Shown one piece after another: positions 1-10,282 of a DNA stretch of 64,000 nucleotides. The notes below the pieces were generated by a model that did no database searches, was not told the origin of the DNA, and saw only the letters and a list, made by a program, of their open reading frames with translations. Source of the stretch: Bacteroidota bacterium (lineage in GTDB: Bacteria > Bacteroidota > Bacteroidia > CAIKAF01); NCBI GenBank assembly GCA_016866335.1, contig VGMT01000011.1:4033-68032 (forward strand). Reading direction: 5' to 3'. The position numbers and the translations under genes were made by a program. Every line of letters begins with the position of its first letter. The first letter of the stretch is position 1.

Positions 1-1
1 C

Positions 2-616
2 GAATATGTGGCTTTTATGGGCCCTTCGGGATCTGGAAAATCGACCTTTATGAACATTATTGGCTGCCTGGATTCGCTCACGGCCGGCGAATACCGGCTG
101 AACGGCACCAATGTGGCGGGACTGAACGACAATCAACTGGCCGAAATTCGGAACAAAGAAATCGGGTTTATTTTTCAGACCTTCAATCTAATGGCGAGGT
201 ATTCGGCCCTAGAGAATGTGGCCTTGCCCTTAATTTACGCGGGTGTGCCGAAAGCCGAACGGCTGAGGCGCGCCAAGGAAGTTTTGGAACAGGTGGGGCT
301 GGGCGACCGCATGAAGCACAAACCCAATGAATTGTCGGGTGGGCAAAGGCAGCGCGTAGCTGTGGCCCGTGCCTTGGTTAACAATCCCACCATTTTGTTG
401 GCCGATGAGCCAACCGGAAACCTGGATACCAAAACCTCGTACGAAATCATGGGTTTGTTCGAAGAACTTCACAAAAAAGGGAATACCATTATTTTGGTAA
501 CCCACGAAGAAGACATTGCCCGGCATTCAACCCGCATTGTGCGCCTGCGCGATGGATTGATTGAATCGGACACACCCAACACACCTGTAACCCTAAGCAT
601 ACCTGAGGAAGCATGA
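2..616 (+). CDS. ABC transporter ATP-binding protein (LolD/MacB-type), 5' end outside window
   Basis: Walker [10 protein letters not shown], signature LSGGQRQR, Walker [12 protein letters not shown]; frame open to window edge. Confidence 0.93.
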   Translation, partial: EYVAFMGPSGSGKSTFMNIIGCLDSLTAGEYRLNGTNVAGLNDNQLAEIRNKEIGFIFQTFNLMARYSALENVALPLIYAGVPKAERLRRAKEVLEQVGLGDRMKHKPNELSGGQRQRVAVARALVNNPTILLADEPTGNLDTKTSYEIMGLFEELHKKGNTIILVTHEEDIARHSTRIVRLRDGLIESDTPNTPVTLSIPEEA

Positions 617-1158
617 AAATTTACACCAAAACCGGAGATTCGGGTACGACGGCCTTGTTTGGCGGAGCACGGGTTCCCAAGCACCACATCCGTATTGAAA
701 GCTACGGTACCTTAGACGAGCTGAATTCGGCCCTGGGATTGCTGCGCAGCGGCGGAGTTCCCGGCGATTTGGACGGTTTTTTAATGGGTGTACAGCAAGA
801 CTTGTTTGTATTGGGGTCGCATTTGGCGGCCGAACCGGGCAAAGAGCATGGGTATTTGCCTGAACTGGAGGTGGGAGCTGTGGAGAGTATAGAGCAAGAG
901 ATTGATGCAATGGAAGCGGTGTTGCCTGCGTTAAAGAATTTTATTTTGCCTGGAGGACACAGTTTGGCGGCTCAGGCCCATGTGTGCCGGTGCATTTGCC
1001 GCCGTGCTGAACGCTTGGTTTGCCATTTGGCCGAATTGGAAACGACTCCTCCGGAAATTGTACGCTACTTGAATCGGTTGTCGGACTATTTTTTTGTGTT
1101 GGCCAGGACCTTGAACTCGCGTATGGGAATAGGGGATGTGGAGTGGAAGCGGACGTAG
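613..1158 (+). CDS. ATP:cob(I)alamin adenosyltransferase, PduO type
   Basis: [43 protein letters not shown] motifs. Confidence 0.93.
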   Translation: MKIYTKTGDSGTTALFGGARVPKHHIRIESYGTLDELNSALGLLRSGGVPGDLDGFLMGVQQDLFVLGSHLAAEPGKEHGYLPELEVGAVESIEQEIDAMEAVLPALKNFILPGGHSLAAQAHVCRCICRRAERLVCHLAELETTPPEIVRYLNRLSDYFFVLARTLNSRMGIGDVEWKRT

Positions 1159-1192
1159 GGATTGTAGGCGGTGTTTAGGCTTCGCCAATTCA

Positions 1193-1972
1193 CTACACCC
1201 AAATTTCCATTCCATCTACCGCCAAGGCAACCGAATCGGGCAAGGATTGGCTCACCGACTGGTGCGGGCCTAGGTAATGCGATATGTGAGTAAAATAGGT
1301 TTGGTCGGCGGCAATGTAGGCAGCTACGTTTAAGGCTTCGGTCAGGTTGAAATGCGAAACGTGGGGAGCAATTCTCAAGGCGTTTAATACTAGAACCTTG
1401 CTTCCCTTTGCTTTTTCCAACTCGGCCGGTTCTATGGAGTTTGCATCGGTAATGTAGGTTAAATCTCCAACCCGAAAGCCAAACACCGGCAGCCTATGGT
1501 GCAATACCTGTATGGGAGTAAATTCCAAATCGCCCACCATAAACGGTTTATTTTCAATGCGTCGAAACTCCAAATTGGGAACACCCGGGTATTTATGCTC
1601 GGCAAAGGCATAATGAAACTCCCGCCTCAAGGCCGTTTCAACTTGGGCCGTACAGTACAAGGGCATGTCTTGCTGTTGCTTGAAATTAAAGGCACGAACA
1701 TCGTCCAAACCCGCCACGTGGTCTTTGTGTTCATGGGTAAAAACCACCGCATCCAACCGATTGGGCTTTGCCCTAAGCATTTGCTGCCTAAAATCCGGTC
1801 CGGTATCAATCACCACGGTGGTGGTTTCCGACTGAATCATGACGCTGCTGCGCAAGCGCTGATTGCGTGGGTCTTCGGATGTACATACTTCACACTGGCA
1901 AGCAATGACTGGTACGCCTTGCGAGGTTCCTGTTCCTAAAAAAGTAAGTCGAATGGAACCTGCCTGTGGCAT
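1193..1972 (-). CDS. MBL-fold metallo-hydrolase (PhnP-like)
   Basis: LGTGTSQGVP, IDTGPDFRQQ, THEHKDHVAGLDD metal-binding motif. Confidence 0.9.
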   Translation of the reverse strand: MPQAGSIRLTFLGTGTSQGVPVIACQCEVCTSEDPRNQRLRSSVMIQSETTTVVIDTGPDFRQQMLRAKPNRLDAVVFTHEHKDHVAGLDDVRAFNFKQQQDMPLYCTAQVETALRREFHYAFAEHKYPGVPNLEFRRIENKPFMVGDLEFTPIQVLHHRLPVFGFRVGDLTYITDANSIEPAELEKAKGSKVLVLNALRIAPHVSHFNLTEALNVAAYIAADQTYFTHISHYLGPHQSVSQSLPDSVALAVDGMEIWV

Positions 1973-1975
1973 TAT

Positions 1976-3124
1976 TTAAGCGTTTTGAACCAGGGGTTTC
2001 CAAATTTTTTGCAGGACCTCTAAGGCATAATCTACGTCTTCGATCTGGTTGTATCGGCTAAAGGAAAAGCGTATGGCCGGTCTGCCCTCTGGAGCTCCGA
2101 TGTTCGACAAGACATGGCTGCCTTTTTGCGAGCCAGAGGAACAGGCGCTGCCACCTGAGGCTGAAATTCCATGGATGTCTAATTTCATTAAAAACATTTC
2201 GGCATCTGGGGTAGGGGGAAGGCTAACGTTCAAAACCGTGAATAAATCCGATTCCTCCATGCTTCCGTTGAATTCGCAATCGGGAAACAAGCGTTTTAGA
2301 CCTTGGGACATTTTCATTTTAAGGGCGTAGATATGCTGCCGGTGTTCGTGCATTCCGTCGGTGGCAAGTTCAAGGGCCTTGGCCAGGGCTGCAATTCCAT
2401 ACAGGTTTTCGGTGCCAGCGCGCAAATTCCGTTCTTGGGCGCCTCCGGTGATGAGGGGTGAAATTTTTACCCGATCTAGGTTTACATACAAAAAACCGAT
2501 GCCTTTGGGGCCATGAAATTTATGGGCCGAGCAGGTGGCTAAATCTACCGGCAGGGCATCGAAATTCAATTCGAAATGCCCCATGGTTTGCACGGTGTCG
2601 CTGTGAAACAGGGCGCCGTATTTTCGGCAGAGCTGCCCAACGGCCTGAAGGTCAATGGTGGTACCAATTTCGTTGTTGGCATGCATTAGCGAAACCAAAC
2701 AGCCCGGATTCTTTTGAAGGGCGGTTTCCAAATCTTCCAAGCTGTGGCGACCTAAACGGTCGGGTTTTAACCAGGTGGCGCTGACTTTTCCTTCGGTCGC
2801 CAACTCTTCAATGGTATGGGTTACGGCATGGTGTTCAATGGGCGAGGAAATCACATGTGAAATTCCCATTTGAGCTATGGTTTGTCGAATGGCCATGTTG
2901 TCGGCCTCGGTTCCTCCGCTGGTGAAAAAGATTCGAGAGGGCTGGGTTCCGGTAAGCTCGGCAACTTTGCGTCGGGCTTTTTCTAAAATTGCCTTGGCTT
3001 CGCGTCCATGCCCGTGAATGGAAGAAGGGTTTCCAAAGCAGCTTTGCATCAATTCGGCAATTTCTTGAGCCACTTCAGCGGCTACGGGGGTGGTTGCCGC
3101 GTTGTCTAGGTATATTTTTTTCAT
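1976..3124 (-). CDS. Cysteine desulfurase (IscS/NifS class)
   Basis: YLDNAATT, GNPSSIH, PLP lysine SAHKFHGPKG, catalytic SGGSACSSG. Confidence 0.93.
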   Translation of the reverse strand: MKKIYLDNAATTPVAAEVAQEIAELMQSCFGNPSSIHGHGREAKAILEKARRKVAELTGTQPSRIFFTSGGTEADNMAIRQTIAQMGISHVISSPIEHHAVTHTIEELATEGKVSATWLKPDRLGRHSLEDLETALQKNPGCLVSLMHANNEIGTTIDLQAVGQLCRKYGALFHSDTVQTMGHFELNFDALPVDLATCSAHKFHGPKGIGFLYVNLDRVKISPLITGGAQERNLRAGTENLYGIAALAKALELATDGMHEHRQHIYALKMKMSQGLKRLFPDCEFNGSMEESDLFTVLNVSLPPTPDAEMFLMKLDIHGISASGGSACSSGSQKGSHVLSNIGAPEGRPAIRFSFSRYNQIEDVDYALEVLQKIWKPLVQNA

Positions 3125-3130
3125 GCGCTT

Positions 3131-4513
3131 TTAAATTAGGGCATTCAGCCATTCATGCGCTTGTTTGGCATAGGCCTCGGCTGTTTCTTTGGTCAACCCC
3201 TCGGTGTAAATTCTAAAAATGGGTTCGGTGTTTGACCGGCGAATGTGAATCCAACCCTCTTCTTTTTCAAACCACAATCCATCGATGGTCAGGGGGTTTA
3301 AATGTGCAAGCTGTTCAGCCAAAGTTGCCAGTATTTCGTGGGTGTTCAAGTGAGGTCCTGCCTGCACCTTCGATTTTACCATAATGTATTCGGGGTACAT
3401 GGCTTTGAGGTCCGACAAGCGAACCTGATTTGCCGCCATGTGCGACAGCAGCAGGGCAATGCCGGCCAGAGCGTCGCGGCCGTAGTGCAAATCGGGCAAA
3501 ATAACTCCTCCGTTGCCTTCGCCACCCAAAACGGCGCCCACTTCTTTCATTTTGGCCACCACATGCACTTCGCCTACGGCCGATGTAAAGCGTTGGCATC
3601 CATGTTTTTTGGCAATGTCGCTTAGGGCTCGGCTTGAGGATAAATTTGAAACCACGGGACCTGGCCGAATGCCCAAAACATAATCGGCAATGGCTACCAG
3701 GGTGTTTTCTTCTCCAAAAAAGTCTCCGTTTTCGTCAACCAGAGCCAAACGATCTACATCGGGGTCCACTACGATTCCAAGGTTGACCGATTCATTTTTA
3801 ACCATTTCACAATAGGTGGTTAAGTGTTCTGGTAATGGTTCTGGATTGTGGGGGAATTTGCCGCTGGGTTCTCCGTATGGATTATGGATATAAATGGCAC
3901 CTAATTTTTCGAGCAATTTAGGGACGGCTACGCCTCCGCTGGAATGAACACCGTTTACCGAAACGCGAAACCGGGCTTTGCGAATGGCATCTACATTCAC
4001 CAGGGGGTGTTTTAAAATGGCATCGATGTGGTGATCTATAAAATCACCCGGTTGATGAATGCTGCCTAGGGCTTGAACGGAGGCGTACAAAATGTCTGAT
4101 GGATCGATATCGAGCAGAGCTTGTCCGTCTTCGGCCGATAAAAATTCGCCTTTTTCGTTCAGTAATTTCAGGGCATTCCATTCTACCGGATTGTGTGAGG
4201 CTGTAAGAATAATGCCACCTTGGGCAGCATAGAAGGGGACGGCCATTTCAACGGTAGGAGTGGTAGAGAGGCCCAGGTCAATAACTTGAATTCCCATTCC
4301 AATCAGGGTTTGGCTGACCAAATTTGAAATCATGGGTCCAGAGGGTCTTGCGTCGCGGCCAATCACTACCGAAAGATGGGGTTGTGGGTGTCTATGCTGT
4401 AGCCAATGCCCATAGGCTGAGACAAAGCGAACCGCATCGGTCGGAGTTAAATTATTTCCAGCAGCGCCACCGATGGTGCCTCGAATTCCAGAAACAGACT
4501 GAATTAGTGTCAT
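3131..4513 (-). CDS. glmM: Phosphoglucosamine mutase (phosphohexomutase family)
   Basis: MTLIQSVSGIRG start (ATG 4513 preferred to TTG 4540), TASHNP phosphoserine loop, DPDVDR metal loop, GEGNGG. Confidence 0.85.
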   Translation of the reverse strand: MTLIQSVSGIRGTIGGAAGNNLTPTDAVRFVSAYGHWLQHRHPQPHLSVVIGRDARPSGPMISNLVSQTLIGMGIQVIDLGLSTTPTVEMAVPFYAAQGGIILTASHNPVEWNALKLLNEKGEFLSAEDGQALLDIDPSDILYASVQALGSIHQPGDFIDHHIDAILKHPLVNVDAIRKARFRVSVNGVHSSGGVAVPKLLEKLGAIYIHNPYGEPSGKFPHNPEPLPEHLTTYCEMVKNESVNLGIVVDPDVDRLALVDENGDFFGEENTLVAIADYVLGIRPGPVVSNLSSSRALSDIAKKHGCQRFTSAVGEVHVVAKMKEVGAVLGGEGNGGVILPDLHYGRDALAGIALLLSHMAANQVRLSDLKAMYPEYIMVKSKVQAGPHLNTHEILATLAEQLAHLNPLTIDGLWFEKEEGWIHIRRSNTEPIFRIYTEGLTKETAEAYAKQAHEWLNALI

Positions 4514-4548
4514 ATCAAAAGGTGCAAAATCAAATTCCAACTACCTGG

Positions 4549-4556
4549 CAAAGATA
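4549..4556 (-). promoter_or_regulatory. Bacteroidota -7 promoter element (TATCTTTG) upstream of glmM
   Basis: Exact match to TAnnTTTG in the divergent intergenic region. Confidence 0.55.
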
Positions 4557-4681
4557 GGTAGCAGGGCGGACATTCCCTATGAAAGAAAGGAAGGTTTTTC
4601 CACAGGTTAAGGGTTTAAAAATCGCTGTTTAATTCATAAAACCACAATAATTCTCTAAGTTTGTTTGTTACCTTCACAGCG

Positions 4682-6091
4682 ATGTTTGACGATTTCGAGG
4701 ACGACGATATAAATCCTTTGTTGGAGCGGTTCCGCGAGGGGGTCCACCGCAACGAATCGGTGTATTTTGATGTGGAGGATTTTGAAGCGTTAATACAGTT
4801 TTTTTTAGTTCGAAACAACGCTGAAAATGCATGGAAAGCGTGGAATTGGGCGGCTGATTTTCACGCTGAAAACGCTTGGATTCCTTTGCTGAAAGCACGG
4901 ATTTTGATGTTTGAGGGGCATTTAGCGGAAGCCCTAACCTGCCTTGAAAGGGAACCTGAGGACGAAGAGATGTTGGAAGTCTTGTGGCATTTAAGGGCTG
5001 AGATTTACAGCGACCTATTGGAACATGACCTTGCTTTGCTGTATTATCGAAAAGTAGTTAAGGTTTGTCCTGATGATGCTAAAGCCATGATTTGGATGGA
5101 CATGGCTCATGAATACGTCATGAATGACGAGCAAGATGAAGCCATAATGGCTCTAAAGAGAGCTATTCGATTGCAGCCTGAAGCAGAACAGGCCTATTCA
5201 ACATTGTTCCACTTGACCGATGAATTGGGGCTGGCTCAAGACAGCCTTTCATTTTTTAGTGGCCTAACCGATTCGAATCCCTACAATTGGATGGCTTGGT
5301 TTTATTTGGGACTGAGCTATAAGACCTTAGATTTGATAGAAGAAGCTTTGCGCTGCTTTGATTTGGTTATAACCATAAAGGAATCTACACCTGAAGCCCA
5401 TATGGAAATGGCTTCATGTTTTATGCATTTGGAATCGTGGGCATCGGCAAAGCGATCCATAGAACAAGCGCGAAGGTTTGGGGGCGAAGCTGTAGGACTT
5501 GATTTTATGACAGGGGAATGCCTTGAAAACCAAGAAGATTGGCAGGGTGCCTTGTTGTATTATAGAAAGGTAGCTGAAGCAGTTCCCGGCTATGCAGAGG
5601 CCTGGATGGGCATTGGTGTTTGTTTATGTGAATCGGGATTTGTGGCCGAAGGTATTGCCCACATGGATCATGCCATTGAATTGGAATCGGAGTACAGCGA
5701 ATACAGGCTCATTCGTGCTGTATGGTTGCGGGATTCGGGAGCCTTGGGTGAGGCTGAAACGGAGTACCAAACCCTTTCTGAAATGGATGCTAGCAATTGG
5801 GAAGTGTACTACGATTGGGCGGCACTTTACGTGCGCATGGACGATTTGGTTATGGCCCTAGAAACCATGATGCAAGCCTTAAAGTGCGAACCCAATTCGG
5901 CCTTAATTCATTACCGTATTGCAGCTGTTGCATACCGGCAAGGTTCAAGGCAACTGGGCCAAGATTTTTTGCAAAAGGCGCTTCAAATGGATTATTCCGC
6001 TTTCCCTGAAATGCTGGATTTGATTCCAGAACTAGCTACTGATTCCGATATAGCTCAACTGATTGATAATTACAAAACCCATGAAAATTAA
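4682..6091 (+). CDS. Tetratricopeptide-repeat protein
   Basis: Repeated TPR-like helices (AWFYLGLSY, AWMGIGVCL); acidic N-terminus; ATG 4682 preferred. Confidence 0.85.
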   Translation: MFDDFEDDDINPLLERFREGVHRNESVYFDVEDFEALIQFFLVRNNAENAWKAWNWAADFHAENAWIPLLKARILMFEGHLAEALTCLEREPEDEEMLEVLWHLRAEIYSDLLEHDLALLYYRKVVKVCPDDAKAMIWMDMAHEYVMNDEQDEAIMALKRAIRLQPEAEQAYSTLFHLTDELGLAQDSLSFFSGLTDSNPYNWMAWFYLGLSYKTLDLIEEALRCFDLVITIKESTPEAHMEMASCFMHLESWASAKRSIEQARRFGGEAVGLDFMTGECLENQEDWQGALLYYRKVAEAVPGYAEAWMGIGVCLCESGFVAEGIAHMDHAIELESEYSEYRLIRAVWLRDSGALGEAETEYQTLSEMDASNWEVYYDWAALYVRMDDLVMALETMMQALKCEPNSALIHYRIAAVAYRQGSRQLGQDFLQKALQMDYSAFPEMLDLIPELATDSDIAQLIDNYKTHEN

Positions 6092-6884
6092 CCTGTCTTA
6101 CATCCCAGAACGTCCAGAAAAGCCCCGTTCAAATGGACTCAATATGGTAATGGATAAAGGACTTAGCCTAAGACAAGCTCAAGATCTGATTGAGGTCAGC
6201 GCAAATTTGGTTGATTTTGTCAAATTGGGCTTTGGAACTTCTTTCGCTACTCCCAATGTACACGATAAAATAAAGTTGTATCAGAATGCTGGCATTAAAG
6301 TGTACTTAGGTGGTACCTTTTTAGAGGCATTTGTGAAACGTAATGCGCTAAAAGAATACTACCGAATTCTTGATGAATGGCATCTTGACACCGTTGAGGT
6401 TTCTGATGGCAGCATACATATTTCCAACAAACTGAAATGCAAGTTAATCGAACACCTTGCCAAACGAGCCTTGGTTCTCTCGGAGGTTGGTTCAAAGGAA
6501 GAAGGCATTTTGATTGCTCCCAACAAATGGAAGCAAATGATAAAAGACGAACGAAACGCCGGAGCATGGAAGGTGATTGCTGAAGCCAGAGAAAGCGGAA
6601 CGGTTGGTATTTATCGCCCTTCTGGGAAGGCGCATACCGCTTTGGTTTCCAAAATTTTGGCTGCCGTTGACCAAACTCACCTGATATGGGAAGCACCTCA
6701 AAAAAGCCAACAGGTATTTTGGATAAAATTGCTGGGTTCCAATGTAAACCTTGGCAACATTGCCCCTGATGATGTAATACCATTAGAAACGCTTCGCTTA
6801 GGTCTTCGGGGAGATACCTTTTTTCAGTTTATGCCTGAAGATTTGGTTCAGGCTGATGTTACCAAACTTGATTTCCCCAAATAA
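6081..6884 (+). CDS. Phosphosulfolactate synthase (ComA family)
   Basis: KPRxxGLNMVMDKG, KLGFGT, EVSDG, SEVGSK, EARESG, WEAPQK, LETLRLGLRGDT. Confidence 0.9.
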   Translation: MKINLSYIPERPEKPRSNGLNMVMDKGLSLRQAQDLIEVSANLVDFVKLGFGTSFATPNVHDKIKLYQNAGIKVYLGGTFLEAFVKRNALKEYYRILDEWHLDTVEVSDGSIHISNKLKCKLIEHLAKRALVLSEVGSKEEGILIAPNKWKQMIKDERNAGAWKVIAEARESGTVGIYRPSGKAHTALVSKILAAVDQTHLIWEAPQKSQQVFWIKLLGSNVNLGNIAPDDVIPLETLRLGLRGDTFFQFMPEDLVQADVTKLDFPK

Positions 6885-6895
6885 TTCTTAATGCT

Positions 6896-7213
6896 ATGCA
6901 GGAAATTTCAGTTCAAGCGTTAAAGGCTTGGTTGGATAGTGGAGAACCATTCACTCTAATTGATGTTCGTGAGCCCTACGAGGCTGAGCTGTCAACCCTA
7001 GGCGGAAAGTTGATTCCCATGGGAGAAGTTCTTTCAAGGCTTTCAGAAATTCCCCAAACAGGCAAGGTGGTTATGCATTGCCGGTCAGGTGGTCGCTCAA
7101 GTAGTGTTATTCAGGTGCTTCAAGAAGAATTTGGCTATTCCAATTTGCTTAATCTGAAAGGGGGCATAATGGCATGGGCGGCTGAAATAGACCCAAACAT
7201 CAATTTAGGATAA
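6896..7213 (+). CDS. Rhodanese-domain protein
   Basis: LIDVREPYE, active loop HCRSGGRS, NLKGGIMAW. Confidence 0.92.
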   Translation: MQEISVQALKAWLDSGEPFTLIDVREPYEAELSTLGGKLIPMGEVLSRLSEIPQTGKVVMHCRSGGRSSSVIQVLQEEFGYSNLLNLKGGIMAWAAEIDPNINLG

Positions 7214-8134
7214 ATGAAAGACAAACTCATGTTGTTTTTAAAAGGCATAGCCATGGGCGCTGCCGATGTAATTCCTGGCGTTTCGGGAGGCACCATTGCT
7301 TTTATTGCCGGAATTTACGAACGACTTATCAATGCTTTGTCTTCCATTGATTTAAGCCTAATTCAATTGCTCAGAAAAGAAGGTTTTTTGGCCGTTTGGA
7401 AAAAGGTGGACGGCCTCTTTTTGCTTGTTCTGCTCTCTGGAATAGGCAGCAGCATTCTTTCTTTGGCCAAATTGGTTACCTATTTGTTGGAGTTTCACCC
7501 AATTCCATTGTGGTCCTTTTTTCTTGGCCTTATCATTGCCTCTGTGGTGGTGGTGCAACGTCAAATGAAACAGGTTAAATGGATTCACCTGATTCCATTT
7601 ATTGTTGGAATCGCTTTTGCTTGGTGGATTACCACTTTGGTTCCAGCGCAAACCACCAATGCGCTTTGGTTTGTTTTTTTGTCGGGTGCCATTGCCATTT
7701 GTGCCATGATTTTGCCAGGTATTTCAGGGTCTTTTATTCTGGTGGTTCTTGGCAAATACCAATATATTTTGGAATCCCTTCACGAATTGCGAATCGATGT
7801 TATTTTGGTTTTTATGGCGGGTTGCTTAATTGGTTTGCTTTCGTTTGTTCGCTTGGTTAAATGGCTTTTTTCTCGCTACCACGACCTGAGCATTGCTGTG
7901 CTGGGTGGCTTTATGGTGGGTAGTTTAAATAAGGTTTGGCCTTGGAAAATAACCTTGGAATCTGCCCATATTGAAGATAAAATTGTTCCTCTGGTTCAAG
8001 AAAACGTGAGCCCTTTTGCTTTTGAGGCTTTAACCGGAGCACCGGCCGAAATCGTTTCAGCTATGATTAGTGCAGCCGTAGGTCTTGCCCTTATTTTGGT
8101 TTTGGAATATGTCGGGCAACGACGTGAATTCTGA
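7214..8134 (+). CDS. DUF368 family membrane protein (undecaprenyl-phosphate translocase family)
   Basis: MGAADVIPGVSGGTIA and AMILPGISGS re-entrant motifs; many TM segments. Confidence 0.9.
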   Translation: MKDKLMLFLKGIAMGAADVIPGVSGGTIAFIAGIYERLINALSSIDLSLIQLLRKEGFLAVWKKVDGLFLLVLLSGIGSSILSLAKLVTYLLEFHPIPLWSFFLGLIIASVVVVQRQMKQVKWIHLIPFIVGIAFAWWITTLVPAQTTNALWFVFLSGAIAICAMILPGISGSFILVVLGKYQYILESLHELRIDVILVFMAGCLIGLLSFVRLVKWLFSRYHDLSIAVLGGFMVGSLNKVWPWKITLESAHIEDKIVPLVQENVSPFAFEALTGAPAEIVSAMISAAVGLALILVLEYVGQRREF

Positions 8135-8900
8135 TTTGTTCGGTCTTTTTGGATTTCCTTTAGGGCATTCTCATAGCCCTACCTTGTTCAAGGGTTTTTT
8201 TCAAACCTACAAACTGCAGGCCGAATACCAACTTCGGCCCGAAAAGACGGCAGAAAATTGGAAGATGTGGGCCAAGGAGTTCCCCAACTTGCTCGGGTTC
8301 AACGTTACGATACCCCACAAAGTTTCTATTTTACCCGGTTTGCAACTAAGCCCCGAAGCAAAAGCGATTGGAGCCGTAAATTGCGTTGCCGTTCACCGTG
8401 ACGACCATTCCATTTGGGGGATTGGATACAATACAGATGCCATAGGATTTTGGACCGACCTGCAGGCCTGGATGCCCAAAAAACCCAAAAACGCTTTGAT
8501 TTTGGGGAACGGTGGCTCGGCCCACGCGGTTTCGTACGCCTTAACTCAGAACCAGATTCCAAACCTACAAGTTGGCCGCATTCGCCGCAATGCCAGCGAC
8601 CTGTTGTGGCATGAATTGCAGGCCGATTTTTTGAGGCAGTTTGATTTGATAGTGCAATCAACCCCTTTGGGTATGTGGCCTAACATCGAAGAACAACCTC
8701 CCATTCAAGTGGATTGGTTGCTGCCCCAGCATTTTGTGTACGACCTGATTTACAACCCTTCTCCCAGTCGATTTTTAGCACAAGCCGCTGCCCGAGGTGC
8801 CCAGGTTCGAGACGGCAGTGGAATGCTCTACCAACAAGCCTTGGCCTCTTTGCACATTTGGAAACCTGAATTAAAAAGCGAAAGTGCGAATCGGCTTTAA
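8109..8900 (+). CDS. aroE: Shikimate dehydrogenase
   Basis: GHSHSP, GFNVTIPHK, IGAVNC, GYNTD, LGNGGSA, YDLIYNP; start uncertain. Confidence 0.9.
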   Translation: MSGNDVNSDLFGLFGFPLGHSHSPTLFKGFFQTYKLQAEYQLRPEKTAENWKMWAKEFPNLLGFNVTIPHKVSILPGLQLSPEAKAIGAVNCVAVHRDDHSIWGIGYNTDAIGFWTDLQAWMPKKPKNALILGNGGSAHAVSYALTQNQIPNLQVGRIRRNASDLLWHELQADFLRQFDLIVQSTPLGMWPNIEEQPPIQVDWLLPQHFVYDLIYNPSPSRFLAQAAARGAQVRDGSGMLYQQALASLHIWKPELKSESANRL

Positions 8901-8933
8901 TTTTGCATTTTTTTCACCAAAGCCGAACCGGAA

Positions 8934-9326
8934 TTAGGGAACAATATTGAATTCCAATACTGAAATATGGTAACTAAAGGTATAGGTGTTGCAGCAATTT
9001 GCCGAGGCCTCTAACCGAACCTGATCACCGGCTTTTAGCCAAATGGGTGTGGGATCGCCCGACAACAAAGAATAAGCTCCCTATGCGTTCCCCGAATTCA
9101 CTTGTATGGTACGGGTTACGTGCGAAGAGTTGAGTCCTGCGAATGGAGCCGCCGCTTCTATTTTCCAAACCTTGTTGGCTGGAACCGTCCAAGTTGGGCT
9201 GGTGTACGAATTGGTGCCTGATGAGGTGCCAGAATGGCTAACAACCTGGTTAAATTGTAAATTTCCTTGAGATTGAAGGTGCATTGAAAAAAGAAAAACG
9301 AACAGAGCGAGCATCCCTGATTTCAT
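8934..9326 (-). pseudogene. Small secreted hypothetical protein (130 codons plus stop) interrupted by an in-frame TAG at 9081-9083; paralogue of 28134..28565
   Basis: Frame continues after the TAG as GAYSLLSGDPTPIWLKAGDQ...ISVLEFNIVP*, matching the paralogue C-terminus MWLPAG...LSVLEFNLVP*. Confidence 0.75.
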
Positions 9327-9409
9327 GAGCCGGCAGATTATTTTAAACAAAAATAGACATTGCCCTTGACAAGTTGATTCTTTTATGGGAACTTTGAAGC
9401 CTAACACAT

Positions 9410-10186
9410 ATGGACATGAAATACCTGCTTGGTTTGGCCTTGCCTTTGCTGCCGGCCCATGTCCCTCACCCTGGGCCGGTTTACGCCCTAAGTAAACCAA
9501 TAGAACTGGAAAGCACTCCGCCAAAAAGGGAGGTTGGTACCCTCTTCAAGCCTAAAGAGGTGCCAATGGCGTCGGTTACCTTGTATGTTTGGTACAGCCA
9601 CTATGCCGCCAACAACCATTGGAAGTTGGTTGACTCTGCCGGCAATGTGGTGGATTGGGGCGGCCCAGGCAAGGAGCAATCTTGGAATCGAAAACAGGAA
9701 TTGGAATTGGCAGCAGGGCGGTATCGACTGCATTGCATGGGAATTCACCCCGATGGTTGGAACGGTGGTTTTGTTATGCTGCAGGGCAAAGGTTGGCAAT
9801 TTGGACCGGTGCAACCCGGAAACGGGGCTTCGGCCTGGTCCTTTGTGGTTCCTGAACCCCAGGTTTCTTCAAAATCCGATACTACCGTGCAGAGCTTCCC
9901 GCAATTGCTGCACGGATGGATAGGCGCCGCAGGCGAAACCGTTCAGGGGTATGGTTTTGATTTAGAAAAGCATGGGGCAGGACTGTACCGCATCCGTTTC
10001 CGAAATGCCTTTTCTAGACCGCCGACCGTAGTGGCTAGTCCTGCCACGGTGGCCAACCGACCCATCGGGATTCCGCTCAACATGGTTCAAATTGCCGCCG
10101 TTCAAACCCAAGATTGCTGGATTGAGGTGTTTAATTACGAAGGTTTGCCCGAAGACGGTGGCTTTACATTTATGGCTTGGCAGTAG
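9410..10186 (+). CDS. Hypothetical exported beta-rich protein
   Basis: 258-aa ORF, signal-like N-terminus, C-terminal GLYRIRFRNAFSRPPTVVASP segment reminiscent of tail-fibre/H-lectin-like domains. Confidence 0.6.
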   Translation: MDMKYLLGLALPLLPAHVPHPGPVYALSKPIELESTPPKREVGTLFKPKEVPMASVTLYVWYSHYAANNHWKLVDSAGNVVDWGGPGKEQSWNRKQELELAAGRYRLHCMGIHPDGWNGGFVMLQGKGWQFGPVQPGNGASAWSFVVPEPQVSSKSDTTVQSFPQLLHGWIGAAGETVQGYGFDLEKHGAGLYRIRFRNAFSRPPTVVASPATVANRPIGIPLNMVQIAAVQTQDCWIEVFNYEGLPEDGGFTFMAWQ

Positions 10187-10282
10187 GGCAGCCGAATTCA
10201 TCGGGTTTAGAAACCTGTTGAGCGATTGATTGAAGGCCATTTTCGTTGCTTCCTTTTTTATGGGTAAGCTAGGTTCAATGAC

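Noticed and set aside
4596-4604. DnaA-box-like TTTTCCACA
   Set aside because: Single copy in a short promoter region; not enough for an origin call.
9081-9083. Genome-wide TAG recoding or pyrrolysine
   Set aside because: Other genes end normally at TAG and no other conserved gene here is interrupted.
10198-10221. Small imperfect hairpin TCATCGGGTTT-AG-AAACCTGTTGA, REP-like
   Set aside because: Only one degenerate copy was seen in the window, so a repeat family cannot be supported.
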